64,000 nt of DNA from Alphaproteobacteria bacterium. GTDB lineage: Bacteria > Pseudomonadota > Alphaproteobacteria > SP197. The notes beneath the pieces were generated by a model. That model saw nothing but the letters and a program-made list of their open reading frames with translations, made no database searches and was not told the DNA's origin. Position numbers and translations under genes: made by a program. Position 1 is the first letter of the stretch; each line of letters begins with the position of its first letter. The stretch lies in the NCBI GenBank assembly GCA_965228895.1, contig OZ245842.1, positions 3,680,001 through 3,744,000 of the forward strand, in the 5' to 3' direction. This document shows positions 28,503-38,377 of the stretch, in pieces.

Positions 28503-29039
28503 ATGGACATCCGACTCCTTGTCAAGCTCACGTCCAAAGCGTGGTCGTTGAATATTCTGGCCCTCTTGCATACCGGTGTGCCGGGCCGACAAGCGCCTTT
28601 GCTGGCGGCAACAAGCGCAAGCCGGACCTCGTTTACGTCAAGTCTGAATCATCTTGTGCAACTCGGACTGCTGGAAAGAAACCCGGGTCATGGTCATCCG
28701 TTAAGGCCCGAATTCCGACTGACACCGCGCGGTATTGTCGCTGCCGAGGCGGCCAGCAGAATCGTGGGGGTCGTACCCGATGACAAAGAGTTCGCATTGT
28801 TGCGGCGTAACTGGAGCGTGCCGATTCTGGCGGTGACCGCGACGCCGCAACGCTTCTCGACAATCAAGTCCGGTCTGGTGCCCATCACGGACCGAGCCTT
28901 GTCGAAGTCGTTGTGCATGCTCGAAGAAAGAGCGTGGCTCAAGCGCAACGTTGATATCTCACAGCGCGCGCCGTTCCCGACATATCACGCTGTCAATGCA
29001 GGCAGGAAAATCAACAAGGCGATTGGCCTGAGCGCCTAG
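28503..29039 (+). CDS. Tandem winged-helix HxlR-like regulator
   Basis: Two W-S/x-IL...F/R...ITDRALSKSL wHTH repeats; divergent from the VOC gene. Confidence 0.75.
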   Translation: MDIRLLVKLTSKAWSLNILALLHTGVPGRQAPLLAATSASRTSFTSSLNHLVQLGLLERNPGHGHPLRPEFRLTPRGIVAAEAASRIVGVVPDDKEFALLRRNWSVPILAVTATPQRFSTIKSGLVPITDRALSKSLCMLEERAWLKRNVDISQRAPFPTYHAVNAGRKINKAIGLSA

Positions 29040-29054
29040 CTGGAAACGACAGCA

Positions 29055-29996
29055 TCACAAGGACCCGTCTTCGATGCCCCTGGCAACCATGGCCGCGCCG
29101 CATGGTGGTTGATCCATCAGCCAGTCGCGGAACGCCGCGATCTTGGTTTCACCGCGCCGCGCGCCGTCATAAACGAGGTAATAGGAAAACGGATGGGGCG
29201 CGGCGAACGTGAACGGCCGCACCAGCCGCCCGGCCTCGACATCAGCGGCGGCCAATTCGACGTAACCCATCGCAATACCCAACCCGTCGATCGCCGCCTG
29301 CAGCGCCAGGCTGGGATCATGAAACGACAGGCCGGGCAAGTTATCCGGCACATCGACACCGGCCGCGCGCAGCCAAAGCCGCCACTCCTCGCCCAGTTCG
29401 TGGCCGGTGATATCGGCGTGGATCAAGGTTGCTTGCAAGAGATCCCCGGGCGACGGGGCACCGCCCAGACGGTTCAGAAAACTCTGGCTGCAGACCGGCG
29501 CCAGATGTATCGGCAGCATGAACTCCTCCACCAGCCCGGTCCATGGCGGCACGCCGCAACGAATCGCGACATCGGACTCACCGGCGGCCAGATCCAAGAA
29601 ACCCAGGGCCGGATGCAGGTGGATCGCGATATCGCCATGGGCGTTGCGCCAGTCGCCTAGTCGCGGGATCAGCCACTTGGCCGCCAGGGTCGGCGTTGTC
29701 GTCACCCGCAGCACGTCTTCATCCGGCGCTGCGACCAGCCCGTCGAGCGTCGCTGTGATGCGATCGAAGGACTCCGCCAGCACCGGCAACAGGGTGTGGC
29801 CCGCCTCGGTCAACGCGACGCCGCGGTTGGTGCGGGTGAAGAGCGAAATGCCGAGCATCTCCTCAAGCTGGCGTATTTGATGGCTCACCGCGCTGTGGGT
29901 CACGGCCAGCTCGTCGGCGGCGCGCGAGAAGCTTAGATGGCGCGCGGCGGCCTCGAAAGCCCTCAGCGAATTGAAATGCAACGATCTCCGGCGCAT
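29055..29996 (-). CDS. LysR family regulator (GcvA-like)
   Basis: LRAFEAAARHLSFSRAADELAVTHSAVSHQIRQLE, KWLIPRL, IAAFRDWL. Confidence 0.92.
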   Translation of the reverse strand: MRRRSLHFNSLRAFEAAARHLSFSRAADELAVTHSAVSHQIRQLEEMLGISLFTRTNRGVALTEAGHTLLPVLAESFDRITATLDGLVAAPDEDVLRVTTTPTLAAKWLIPRLGDWRNAHGDIAIHLHPALGFLDLAAGESDVAIRCGVPPWTGLVEEFMLPIHLAPVCSQSFLNRLGGAPSPGDLLQATLIHADITGHELGEEWRLWLRAAGVDVPDNLPGLSFHDPSLALQAAIDGLGIAMGYVELAAADVEAGRLVRPFTFAAPHPFSYYLVYDGARRGETKIAAFRDWLMDQPPCGAAMVARGIEDGSL

Positions 29997-30108
29997 GGCT
30001 GAGCCTTGATGTGAACGGAACTAACAGCAATGGTGCAGAATCGTCGTTTGCTGTCAAACCGCCCTGTACGGCATACCGTTGGGCGATCAGATTTTTGGGA
30101 CCGGCACC

Positions 30109-31470
30109 ATGACCTCACACGCCGCAGCTTCGACCCGACCCCACGCCGCGTTCGACGGCTACCACCAGACCGGACCGGGCGACAGCGACGAACGCCTGAC
30201 CCGCGTCGGACCGGGGACGCCCGCCGGCGAACTGTTGCGCCGCTTCTGGCAACCGGTCGCCATGACCAGCGAGATCGGCGAACGCCCCAGCCTGATCCGT
30301 ATCCTGGGCGAAGACCTCGTTCTGTTTCGCGACAAGTCGGGAACGATCGGTCTGGTTCACCGCAACTGCCCACACCGCCGCGCGTCGCTCGAATACGGCA
30401 CCTGTGAAACGCGCGGTATCCGTTGCTGCTATCACGGCTGGCTGTTCGATGCCGACGGTACGGTCCTGGAAGTCCCCGGCCAGCCCGACGGCGTCGAGGA
30501 CAAACTGCGCGCCTCGGTCCGTCTCGGCGCTTATCCGGTGCGCGAGTACCGCGGTCTCGTCTTTGCCTATATGGGGCCGCCGGATCTGTGTCCCGAGTTT
30601 CCGATCTACGACACCCAGGAGATCCCCGACCAGGTCTACGTTCCCTATCGCGCGCCATTCCACTGCAACTGGCTGCAGGTGCTCGACGCCATTCTCGATC
30701 CCATTCACACGAGCTTCCTGCATTCGCGCATCAGCCGCGAGCAGTTCTCCGAAGGGTTCGGCGAAGTCGGCGAGATGAAGTTCTACGAACGCCAGTTCGG
30801 TTTCATCGGCACCAATTCGCGGCGCGTCGACGACAACGTGTGGGTGCGCGTCAACGAACTCGTCCTGCCGAACTACACCCAGGCTGGCGCCGCCTTTGCC
30901 GCCGACGGCACGCAGTCGCGCTATTTCGGGCGTACAGCCTTTGCCCGCTGGGTTGTGCCGATCGACGACGAGGACACGCAATGCCTCGCCTGGGCCTGTT
31001 TCGGTGAACGCGGCGACCCCCACGAGTACAACACGCCGGAAGGCCCCGAACTGATCGAACAAGGCGAAGTGTTCGACCGGCCCTATGACGAGCGCCAGCG
31101 CTATCCCGCCGACGCCGAAGCCTGCGAAGGCATGGGCGCGATCACCGAACACTCGCTGGAGAATTTGGTGCCCAGCGACAAGGGTATCGTCATGGCGCGC
31201 CGCCGCCTGGCCGCCATGGCGAAGGCGCTCGAAGAGGGTACCGAACCCGATAACACCGCGACCTTCTGGCCCGGTCCCGTGCCGACCTATGGCGGCGACA
31301 CGGTGCTGCGCGCGCCGGCCAGGACGAACGACGACCGCAAGCTGTTGCGCGATGTCGCCAAGGCGGTGATGGACATCCAGTTTGGCGCCGAAGAACTCAT
31401 CGGTGTCGAACGCGACAACCAGGTGATCGCCCAATTGAAAGACCTCGAAGCGCGTGGGATCGCATCATGA
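30109..31470 (+). CDS. Rieske oxygenase alpha subunit (phthalate 4,5-dioxygenase/LigX-like)
   Basis: GPGTPAGELLRRFWQP, CPHR...CCYHGW, CNWLQVLDAILDPIHTSFLH, ENLVPSDKG. Confidence 0.88.
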   Translation: MTSHAAASTRPHAAFDGYHQTGPGDSDERLTRVGPGTPAGELLRRFWQPVAMTSEIGERPSLIRILGEDLVLFRDKSGTIGLVHRNCPHRRASLEYGTCETRGIRCCYHGWLFDADGTVLEVPGQPDGVEDKLRASVRLGAYPVREYRGLVFAYMGPPDLCPEFPIYDTQEIPDQVYVPYRAPFHCNWLQVLDAILDPIHTSFLHSRISREQFSEGFGEVGEMKFYERQFGFIGTNSRRVDDNVWVRVNELVLPNYTQAGAAFAADGTQSRYFGRTAFARWVVPIDDEDTQCLAWACFGERGDPHEYNTPEGPELIEQGEVFDRPYDERQRYPADAEACEGMGAITEHSLENLVPSDKGIVMARRRLAAMAKALEEGTEPDNTATFWPGPVPTYGGDTVLRAPARTNDDRKLLRDVAKAVMDIQFGAEELIGVERDNQVIAQLKDLEARGIAS

Positions 31471-32495
31471 GCGCCGAACGCAAGGTTCGCGTCCACGTCA
31501 AGAACAACCACGCCTCACCCGACACCTTCCCGCCGACACCGGAGGGCGAGGAGGTTTTCACCATCACGGCGGAACGGTTCAAGGCGGCGGCAGGGCGCCA
31601 TCCCGATGTCGGGCCGCATCTCGACGTGCTCATCGATTGGGACACCGACCACTTCGCGGACTCCATGGCAACCGCCGAGGCACTGGTGACCTGGGACCTG
31701 CCGACCGAGAATCTGGGCGACGTCGCGCCCAACCTCAAATGGATCCACATCATCGGCGCCGGCGTTGAACACCTGTGCCCCATGGATTGGGTTCCCGACG
31801 GCGTCACGGTCGTGAACAACAAGGGCGCGCACAAGGCCAAGGCCGGCGAGTTCGCGTTGATGGCCGTCTTGATGCTGCACACCAAGATGCCGGCCATCAC
31901 CTTCAACCAGCGAACCGCCGACTGGACGTCGCTTTATTCGTCGCCGATCGCCGGCAAGACGGCGCTGATCGTCGGCACCGGCAGCCTGGGCAGCGGCGCG
32001 GCGCATCAACTGAAGAAGCTTGGCATCGAAGTGCTTGGCGTCAGCCGCCATGGCAGGCCCAACCCCGATATCGACGAGATGGGCACGACCGACGACCTCG
32101 ACGCCATGCTGGCGCGCGCCGACTATGTTTTTGTCGCGACACCGGCAACGTTGGAGACGGAGAACCTGTTCGACCGCGATCGCCTTGGCCGCATGAAACC
32201 CGGCGCCGGTATCATCAATGTCGGACGTTCGGCGGTGATGGACTACGACGCCCTGGTTGACCTGCTCGACAGCGGGCATCTGTCCGGCGCGATCCTCGAT
32301 GTCTTCGATCCCGAGCCCCTGCCCGCTGACTCGCCGTTGTGGTCGGCGCGTAACGTGATCGTCACGCCGCATATCTCCGCCGACGACGGCGACAACTACG
32401 TGCCGATCACCCTCGATCTGTTCTTCGCCAACATGCGCCGCTACCTTGCCGGCGAGCCCTTAGAGAACGTCGTCAATCCGACGCTGGGTTATTAG
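31467..32495 (+). CDS. D-2-hydroxyacid dehydrogenase family protein
   Basis: GAGVEH, VGTGSLG, INVGRS, LDVFDPEPL, TPHIS. Confidence 0.9.
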   Translation: MSAERKVRVHVKNNHASPDTFPPTPEGEEVFTITAERFKAAAGRHPDVGPHLDVLIDWDTDHFADSMATAEALVTWDLPTENLGDVAPNLKWIHIIGAGVEHLCPMDWVPDGVTVVNNKGAHKAKAGEFALMAVLMLHTKMPAITFNQRTADWTSLYSSPIAGKTALIVGTGSLGSGAAHQLKKLGIEVLGVSRHGRPNPDIDEMGTTDDLDAMLARADYVFVATPATLETENLFDRDRLGRMKPGAGIINVGRSAVMDYDALVDLLDSGHLSGAILDVFDPEPLPADSPLWSARNVIVTPHISADDGDNYVPITLDLFFANMRRYLAGEPLENVVNPTLGY

Positions 32496-32522
32496 ATGTT
32501 GTCCGCTTTCGCTACCACCAAG

Positions 32523-32591
32523 CCGGCCCACTCCCCCGCCCGGCCACCCCGAGGATGCTGCCATGGGTGGCCGGGCGGGGGAGTGGGCCGG
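32523..32591. repeat. Perfect 27-bp inverted repeat (REP-like hairpin)
   Basis: ccggcccactcccccgcccggccaccc (32523-32549) and its exact reverse complement (32565-32591), 15-nt loop. Confidence 0.85.
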
Positions 32592-32632
32592 AGATGCCCG
32601 ACCAACGGTCACAACAACCAGGAGGCTTTTCC

Positions 32633-34057
32633 ATGAATCTCTCGGACCCCCAAACCATGGCCGAAGCGCTCGCGCCTGCGGAGCGTATCGCCGAGGCGGG
32701 CGCGATGCTGGAGGAAGCCGGCGTCAAGTACATCCTGTGCTGCTGGATCGATCTTCTGGGCGTGCCGAAGACGAAGCCCGTGCCGCTGTCGGACTGGGAG
32801 CGGTTGTGCCAGGGCAAGGGGCCGCAGTTCGCGGTGCACTCCGTCTCCTTCGTACCGGAGCTCGGCCCGGCCGATCCCGATCAGATCATGGTGCCCGACC
32901 TCGACAGCCTGGTGATCTGCCCGTGGGACAAGACACTTGCCTGGGTCTTCGCCGATCTGTGGTGGAGTGACAAACCCTACAACGTCTGCCCGCGCAGCGC
33001 GTTGAAACGCATCGTGCGCGACTGCGCATCGAAGGGTTACGCGGTCTTCGCTGGCATCGAGCCTGAGTTCATCGTCATGCGCTGGCAGGACGGCAAACCG
33101 GTCAAGGCGATCGACACCGACCCCCTGCCGGGCGAAGGCGTGCGCCCGCGCCGCCAGGCGTTCGGCTATGACGTCGAACACTCGCTCGACTCCATGGGTT
33201 ATCTGGGCGAGCTGATCGACATCATTGACGGCGAACTGGGCTGGGACCTACACGATGTCGTCGCCGAGGGGGCCTATAGCCAGTTCGAGCTCGACTTCGG
33301 CTACACCGACGTGCTCGCCATGGCCGACCGGCTGGTGTTCCTGCGCATCCTGGTCAAGGAGATCGCCAAGAAACACGGCATGTTCGCGACCTTCATGCCA
33401 AAGCCGACCATCGGCGACTGGCGATCGGGCGCGCATCTGAACACGTCCATGCAGGCGATCGACAATCTGGGCACGAACATCTTCGAGACGGCGGATGGCG
33501 AGTGGGACGAACGCGCGCTTCTGGCGGTGGCCGGCCTGCTGCGCCATGGCGGCGCGTTGACCGCGATCGCGTGCTCGACGGTGAACTCCTATAACGGCCT
33601 GGTGCCGCGCGTCGGCGGGTTCGAGGGCGGCACGGTGACCTGGGCGCCGACCCACATGACCTATGGCTACAACAACCGCTCGTCGATGCTGCGCCTGCCC
33701 CAGGCCCGGTTCTGTATCGAGAACCGGGCGTCCGACATGTGCCTCAATCCCTATCTGGCGCTGGGCCTGACGGCGGCCGCGATGACGGATGGCGTGGTCG
33801 AGAAGTACAATCCCGGCCCGCCCTTGAACGAAGACCTTTATTCGATGTCGGAGGATGCAATTGCGAAGTCCGGCGCCCAGCGTCTGCCGCGCAACCTTCT
33901 GGAGGCGGTCGAGATCCTGCGCGACGACGACTTCGCCAAACAGACCATTGGCGAACAGATGCACAGCTCGTTCATCGCCTACAAGGTCGATGAATGGGAG
34001 CGTTACCACCAGGCGGTCACCGACTGGGAAGTCGAGGAGTATCTGAGACTTTACTGA
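32633..34057 (+). CDS. Glutamine synthetase family gamma-glutamyl ligase (GlnT/GmaS-like)
   Basis: DLLGVPKTK, GIEPEF, QFELDF, ATFMPKP, SGAHLN, TVNSY, YNNRSSMLR, IENR, NPYL. Confidence 0.88.
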   Translation: MNLSDPQTMAEALAPAERIAEAGAMLEEAGVKYILCCWIDLLGVPKTKPVPLSDWERLCQGKGPQFAVHSVSFVPELGPADPDQIMVPDLDSLVICPWDKTLAWVFADLWWSDKPYNVCPRSALKRIVRDCASKGYAVFAGIEPEFIVMRWQDGKPVKAIDTDPLPGEGVRPRRQAFGYDVEHSLDSMGYLGELIDIIDGELGWDLHDVVAEGAYSQFELDFGYTDVLAMADRLVFLRILVKEIAKKHGMFATFMPKPTIGDWRSGAHLNTSMQAIDNLGTNIFETADGEWDERALLAVAGLLRHGGALTAIACSTVNSYNGLVPRVGGFEGGTVTWAPTHMTYGYNNRSSMLRLPQARFCIENRASDMCLNPYLALGLTAAAMTDGVVEKYNPGPPLNEDLYSMSEDAIAKSGAQRLPRNLLEAVEILRDDDFAKQTIGEQMHSSFIAYKVDEWERYHQAVTDWEVEEYLRLY

Positions 34058-34074
34058 GCGGGATAGCCGGGACC

Positions 34075-35085
34075 ATGAGCGACCACGAGAACTTTCATCT
34101 GGGCGATGTCGACCTGCAGTCGGGCGAGGTGTTGCGAGATGCCCGCCTCGCCTACAAGACCTATGGCGAACTCACGCCGGCGCGCGACAACGTCGTTGTC
34201 ATACCGACCTTCTATACGGGCACCCACGCGCGCAACGAAGGGTTCTTCGGCACCGGCCGCGCGATTGATCCGGCGCGCCATTTCATCGTCTCGATCAACA
34301 TGTTCGGCAACGGTCTCTCGTCCTCGCCCAGCAACACGGCGGCACCCCAGGACGGTCCGCGCTTTCCCAAGACCACCCTCTGGGACAACGTCTTCTGTCA
34401 GCACCGCCTGGTCACCGAACAGTTCGGCATCGAACGCATCGAGCTCGTCTACGGCTGGTCGATGGCAGGCTGCCAGTCCTATCAGTGGGGCGCGCAGTTT
34501 CCGGACATGGTCGAGGCGATCCTGCCGTTCTGCGCCTCGGCCAAGACCTCACCCCATAACATCGTCTTCCTGGATGGGGTGAAAGCGGCTCTTTGCGCCG
34601 ATAGCGCCTGGAATGGCGGCGACTATGTCGCTCAGCCCAAACGCGGCCTCGCCGCCTTCGGCCGCGTCTATGCGGGATGGGCGTTCTCGCAGACCTTCTA
34701 CCGCGAGCACCTCTATCGCGAGCAGGGTTTCGACACCCTGGAGGACCTCTTGGTCGACTGGGAGAACGACCACATCGACAACTGGGACGCCAACAACCTG
34801 CTCGCCAAACTGTGGAGCTGGCAGCACGGCGACATCAGCGCCAACCCGCTCTACCACGATGACGTTGAGAAGGCGCTCGGCGCGATCACCGCGCGCGCGA
34901 TCCTGATGCCCTGCACCACCGATCTCTATTTTCCGCCCGAAGACAACGCCATCGAAGCCCGCTACATGCCGAACGCGGAACTGCGCCCCTTCGACTCCCC
35001 GTGGGGCCACTGCGCCGCCAGCCCGGGCAACGTCCCGGCGTTCGACGGGTTCCTGGATGAGGCGCTGCGGGAACTGGTGGGTTAG
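34075..35085 (+). CDS. Alpha/beta hydrolase, homoserine acetyltransferase (MetX)-like family
   Basis: LAYKTYG, FGNGLSSSPSN, GWSMAG nucleophile, TDLYFPPED, SPWGH. Confidence 0.85.
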   Translation: MSDHENFHLGDVDLQSGEVLRDARLAYKTYGELTPARDNVVVIPTFYTGTHARNEGFFGTGRAIDPARHFIVSINMFGNGLSSSPSNTAAPQDGPRFPKTTLWDNVFCQHRLVTEQFGIERIELVYGWSMAGCQSYQWGAQFPDMVEAILPFCASAKTSPHNIVFLDGVKAALCADSAWNGGDYVAQPKRGLAAFGRVYAGWAFSQTFYREHLYREQGFDTLEDLLVDWENDHIDNWDANNLLAKLWSWQHGDISANPLYHDDVEKALGAITARAILMPCTTDLYFPPEDNAIEARYMPNAELRPFDSPWGHCAASPGNVPAFDGFLDEALRELVG

Positions 35086-35098
35086 GTCGTCGGTGTGG

Positions 35099-35515
35099 TT
35101 ACGCGACTTGGACGTCGTCCGGCTCGAACCATGCGCCGCGATCGATGACCTTCAACATGTGGTCGATGGTGAGTTCCTTCCACTTTCCGCGAAGACCGAT
35201 CTTGGCCAGCCAGAACTCAACGAAAGCATCGGTGTCGTTTGGGAAGTAGCTGTCGAACCGGAAGCCGGCGAAACGAACACCGAAGCGTTGATGGATTTCA
35301 TCAAGCAACCGGGTGGCGTCATCGCCGGCGATGTTGAGGTCGTGATAGAGGCGGTCTGAGGTGTCGAGCGCCGTCGGCTTGGCGACGATATCGGAAACGA
35401 TGCTCTCCAGTTCGTCCTTAGCCGACGCGCTGCTATGGCCGCCCGACCGCACGGCCTCGCCATACATCGCGTCATCGAAAGACAACATGGGCATCGTTGC
35501 ATCAACTGTCGCCAT
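35099..35515 (-). CDS. DUF1493/acyl-carrier-like small protein
   Basis: LYHDLNIAGDDA..LL...F.V.F..F.F..YFP...LTI..M......GAW pattern. Confidence 0.6.
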   Translation of the reverse strand: MATVDATMPMLSFDDAMYGEAVRSGGHSSASAKDELESIVSDIVAKPTALDTSDRLYHDLNIAGDDATRLLDEIHQRFGVRFAGFRFDSYFPNDTDAFVEFWLAKIGLRGKWKELTIDHMLKVIDRGAWFEPDDVQVA

Positions 35516-35703
35516 CGCCTGGGCCTACCCTCTACCAATTCCGTTCGCGTGTGTTTCCCGATCACTTGGACGACCCAACCTTGCAGCAGACGCGGATCCT
35601 GGCAGTGACAGTCGACACGACCGGTGCAGGCCGGGCCCGCCATTTCAGTCACTTTTCCGTCTCCGCGCCCAACCAGAAGGGGCCTACCGACCGATTCACT
35701 CAC

Positions 35704-35739
35704 TTGACGATCTCATTATATTATCGATAATCGATTATC
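35704..35739 (+). promoter_or_regulatory. Promoter with overlapping palindromic operator for the GntR gene
   Basis: TTGACG, 16 bp, GATAAT; palindromes ATTATCGATAAT (35720-35731) and GATAATCGATTATC (35726-35739). Confidence 0.6.
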
Positions 35740-35755
35740 AGTTAGGGGGCTGACC

Positions 35756-36436
35756 ATGGCTGAACACGCGCCGTTTGTCGCCGGTGAGGTGAAGTCGACT
35801 GCCGGGGTGGTCCTGGATTCCTTGCGCCAGGCCATAATGGTCGGCGACCTCGCCGGCGGCACGCAGTTGAAGCAGAACGAGATCGCCGCGGCGTTCAAGG
35901 TCAGCGCCGCGCCGGTGCGCGAAGCGCTGCATCGCCTGGTCGCCTCAGGCCTGGCGACCCAGGCGCCCAACCGCGGCGTCACGGTCGCGGTCATGTCCGA
36001 GCGCGACTTCATCGACATCATGGAGCTTCGTGCCCTGCTGGAGCCACGCGCGCTCAAGCTTTCGGCGCCGCGCCTGATCGCTGACGACCTGACCGCTGCC
36101 GAGACGATACTCGACGCCGCGGCGGCGGCAAGCGACGCTGCCGACCGCGCGGCGCTGCACTGGCAGTTTCATCTCGCACTCTACGCCAGGGCCGAACGGC
36201 CCCGGCTGCTGGCCCAGATCGAAGCGCTTTACGTCGCGATGTCGCGCTACTGGTGCCCGGTTTGGAACAAGGTCGGGTTGAGTGAGAACTGGCTTGCCCT
36301 TCACCGCGCCATTGTCGACGCATTGCGCCAAGGCGCCTTCGACGATGCGGTGCGTTTGACCGAGGACCAGATCAATGCCGGGCGGGCCCGCTGGCAAAGC
36401 GAGTTCAAACGTACGCTGGGTGACCTCGCCCAATGA
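35756..36436 (+). CDS. GntR family regulator (FCD domain)
   Basis: LRQAIMVGDL.GG..L.Q.EIA..F.VS..PVREAL, FH.ALY, H..IV.AL. Confidence 0.9.
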   Translation: MAEHAPFVAGEVKSTAGVVLDSLRQAIMVGDLAGGTQLKQNEIAAAFKVSAAPVREALHRLVASGLATQAPNRGVTVAVMSERDFIDIMELRALLEPRALKLSAPRLIADDLTAAETILDAAAAASDAADRAALHWQFHLALYARAERPRLLAQIEALYVAMSRYWCPVWNKVGLSENWLALHRAIVDALRQGAFDDAVRLTEDQINAGRARWQSEFKRTLGDLAQ

Positions 36437-36458
36437 CCATCGAACCTCAAACGTCATC

Positions 36459-37394
36459 ATGAAGACGGCGCTGTTCGGCCTTTTGTGGGCGCTCGCCTTC
36501 GTCGTGCTCGAGTCCACGCAGTTCGTCTTCTTTGGCGGCCTGTTTCAGCGCATGAGTTCGTTCCTGTTCGGCTTTCTGGTGTTCGGTATCATCGCAGTCG
36601 CGTTCATCGGGTGGGCGGCGATCAGCGCGCCCGCCCAGCTCAAGGCGGCTCTCGCCAATCCGCGCCCTCTCATCGCCGCCAATGTCTCCGTGGTCTTTGC
36701 GGTCGGCGCCTATCTGCTTTCCGTGCAGCTGATCGAACCGGCAATCACCTACACGATCTCCGGCGGCGTCATGCCGATCACGGCCTACCTGGCCTACCGG
36801 TTCGGCGTGCGCGAGGGAGAGCCCATGCGCAACGCGACCGAAGCCTTGGGCAACATCCTGCTGTTTGCTGGTGTCGTCTACCTCGCGGTCGTCACGATCG
36901 GCGGCTGGTCGGGTTTTGTACGCGGTGATGTCGAGGTCGCGGCCCTGGGCGTGATTTTGGCGATTGTCGACGGCGTGATGTTCACCTGGGTCCTGATCTT
37001 CTGCCAGCGGCTCGATCGCGCCGGCGTCGGGCCGGGTGCGGTGTTCGGTCTCAGGTTCCCGCTCTATGTCATGTTCGCCGGCGGTTTCGCCGTGCTCGGC
37101 CTGGACGACAAAGGCCCCCTGCCGTTCTCCGACATGGTGGCCATGGTGGCGCTCGGTCTGGCACTCACCGTGCCGCCGCTCTATGCGTTGCAGCGTGCGA
37201 TCGCGTCGGTCTCGACATTGACCATCGGCACGCTGACCGCGCTCGGTCCCTTCGTCATCTTCGCGCTTCAGATGATCGAGGGCCGCGTCGATTATTCGAC
37301 CGCTACGCTGGCCGGCCTTTTGCTGTTCTTTGTCGGCGCCCTGCTCGCCGCATTCGGCGCCGTCAACGCGACGGTCAGCGAACAGCGCCAATAG
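36459..37394 (+). CDS. DMT-like integral membrane protein
   Basis: About 10 TM helices with EamA-like duplication. Confidence 0.65.
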   Translation: MKTALFGLLWALAFVVLESTQFVFFGGLFQRMSSFLFGFLVFGIIAVAFIGWAAISAPAQLKAALANPRPLIAANVSVVFAVGAYLLSVQLIEPAITYTISGGVMPITAYLAYRFGVREGEPMRNATEALGNILLFAGVVYLAVVTIGGWSGFVRGDVEVAALGVILAIVDGVMFTWVLIFCQRLDRAGVGPGAVFGLRFPLYVMFAGGFAVLGLDDKGPLPFSDMVAMVALGLALTVPPLYALQRAIASVSTLTIGTLTALGPFVIFALQMIEGRVDYSTATLAGLLLFFVGALLAAFGAVNATVSEQRQ

Positions 37395-37399
37395 AAATC

Positions 37400-38224
37400 T
37401 TAGCTGCTCATGAGCTTGCCGAGCTCAGCACCGCCGATCAGGGTTTCGACATAGCCAAACGTGCCGTCGTCCTTGGCTTTGCGCGCGGCGGCGATGAAGC
37501 CCGTCAACGCCGCCTTGTAAAGCGACGTCGCCAGGCTGATGCGTTTGACGCCGGCGGCTTCCAGATCGACCTTGGCAAACGACCTGCCGGGCACGCCGAC
37601 CATGAAGTTGAGCGGTTTGGAAAGCGCGTCGCACACCGCCTTCACCGCGTCCAGATCCGGCAGGCCTGGCGCCATCAACACATCGGCGCCGGCATCCTGG
37701 TAGGCCACGAGACGTGCAATCGTGTCGTCGAGATCGGGATTGCCGCGCAGGAAGTTCTCCGCGCGTCCGGTCAAGGTAAACGAGAAGCCGACGTCCGCCG
37801 CCGCTTCGGCTGCCGCCGCGATGCGCTCGGTGGCTTCCGCCTTGTCGTAGAGCCGCGCCTGCTCGTTGCCGGCAAAATCCTCGATTGAACAGCCAACCAG
37901 GCCGCTCTCCGCCGCCAGCTTGATGGTCTCCGCGACATAGTCGGGCGCGTGACCGAAGCCGTTTTCGAAATCGCCGGAGACCGGCACATCGACCGCGCCG
38001 GCCACGTCGCGCGCATGGGCCAGCGCCTCGTCGCGGCTAATCTCACCATCGGTGCGTCCCAGTGTGTTGGCAAAGGCGCCGTTTGACGTCGCGGCTGCCG
38101 CGAAGCCGAGCCCGGCGACGATCTTGGCCGAACCGGCATCCCACACATTGCCGATCACGAACGCGCCCGGTCCTTCGTGTAACGCCCGGAATCGTTCGGC
38201 CTTATCATGTTGCGTCGTCGTCAT
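37400..38224 (-). CDS. Isocitrate lyase/PEP mutase family protein
   Basis: FRALH, NVWDAGSA, DFENGFG, GCSIED, RAEN, AGADV, GVKRIS. Confidence 0.88.
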   Translation of the reverse strand: MTTTQHDKAERFRALHEGPGAFVIGNVWDAGSAKIVAGLGFAAAATSNGAFANTLGRTDGEISRDEALAHARDVAGAVDVPVSGDFENGFGHAPDYVAETIKLAAESGLVGCSIEDFAGNEQARLYDKAEATERIAAAAEAAADVGFSFTLTGRAENFLRGNPDLDDTIARLVAYQDAGADVLMAPGLPDLDAVKAVCDALSKPLNFMVGVPGRSFAKVDLEAAGVKRISLATSLYKAALTGFIAAARKAKDDGTFGYVETLIGGAELGKLMSS

Positions 38225-38377
38225 GGCATCACTCCCTGGCATCGGTTTGGTCCATGGTAAGCATCGGCACAGGCCGAAGGTCGAGGGCCAATATGGCAGC
38301 AGGCAAAGGACCATTGCCAGCACGCACCAGCGGTCCTATCACGGAGCCGAACGATCGACGAGGCATCGCCACCGACA

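Noticed and set aside
32633-34057. Assigning glnA
   Set aside because: Lacks GSI-specific features and its context indicates a gamma-glutamyl-amine ligase
34075-35085. Assigning metX (methionine biosynthesis) and linking it to the MetK-like gene
   Set aside because: It belongs to the shorter MetX-like hydrolase group in a catabolic operon 15 kb away; no evidence of a functional link
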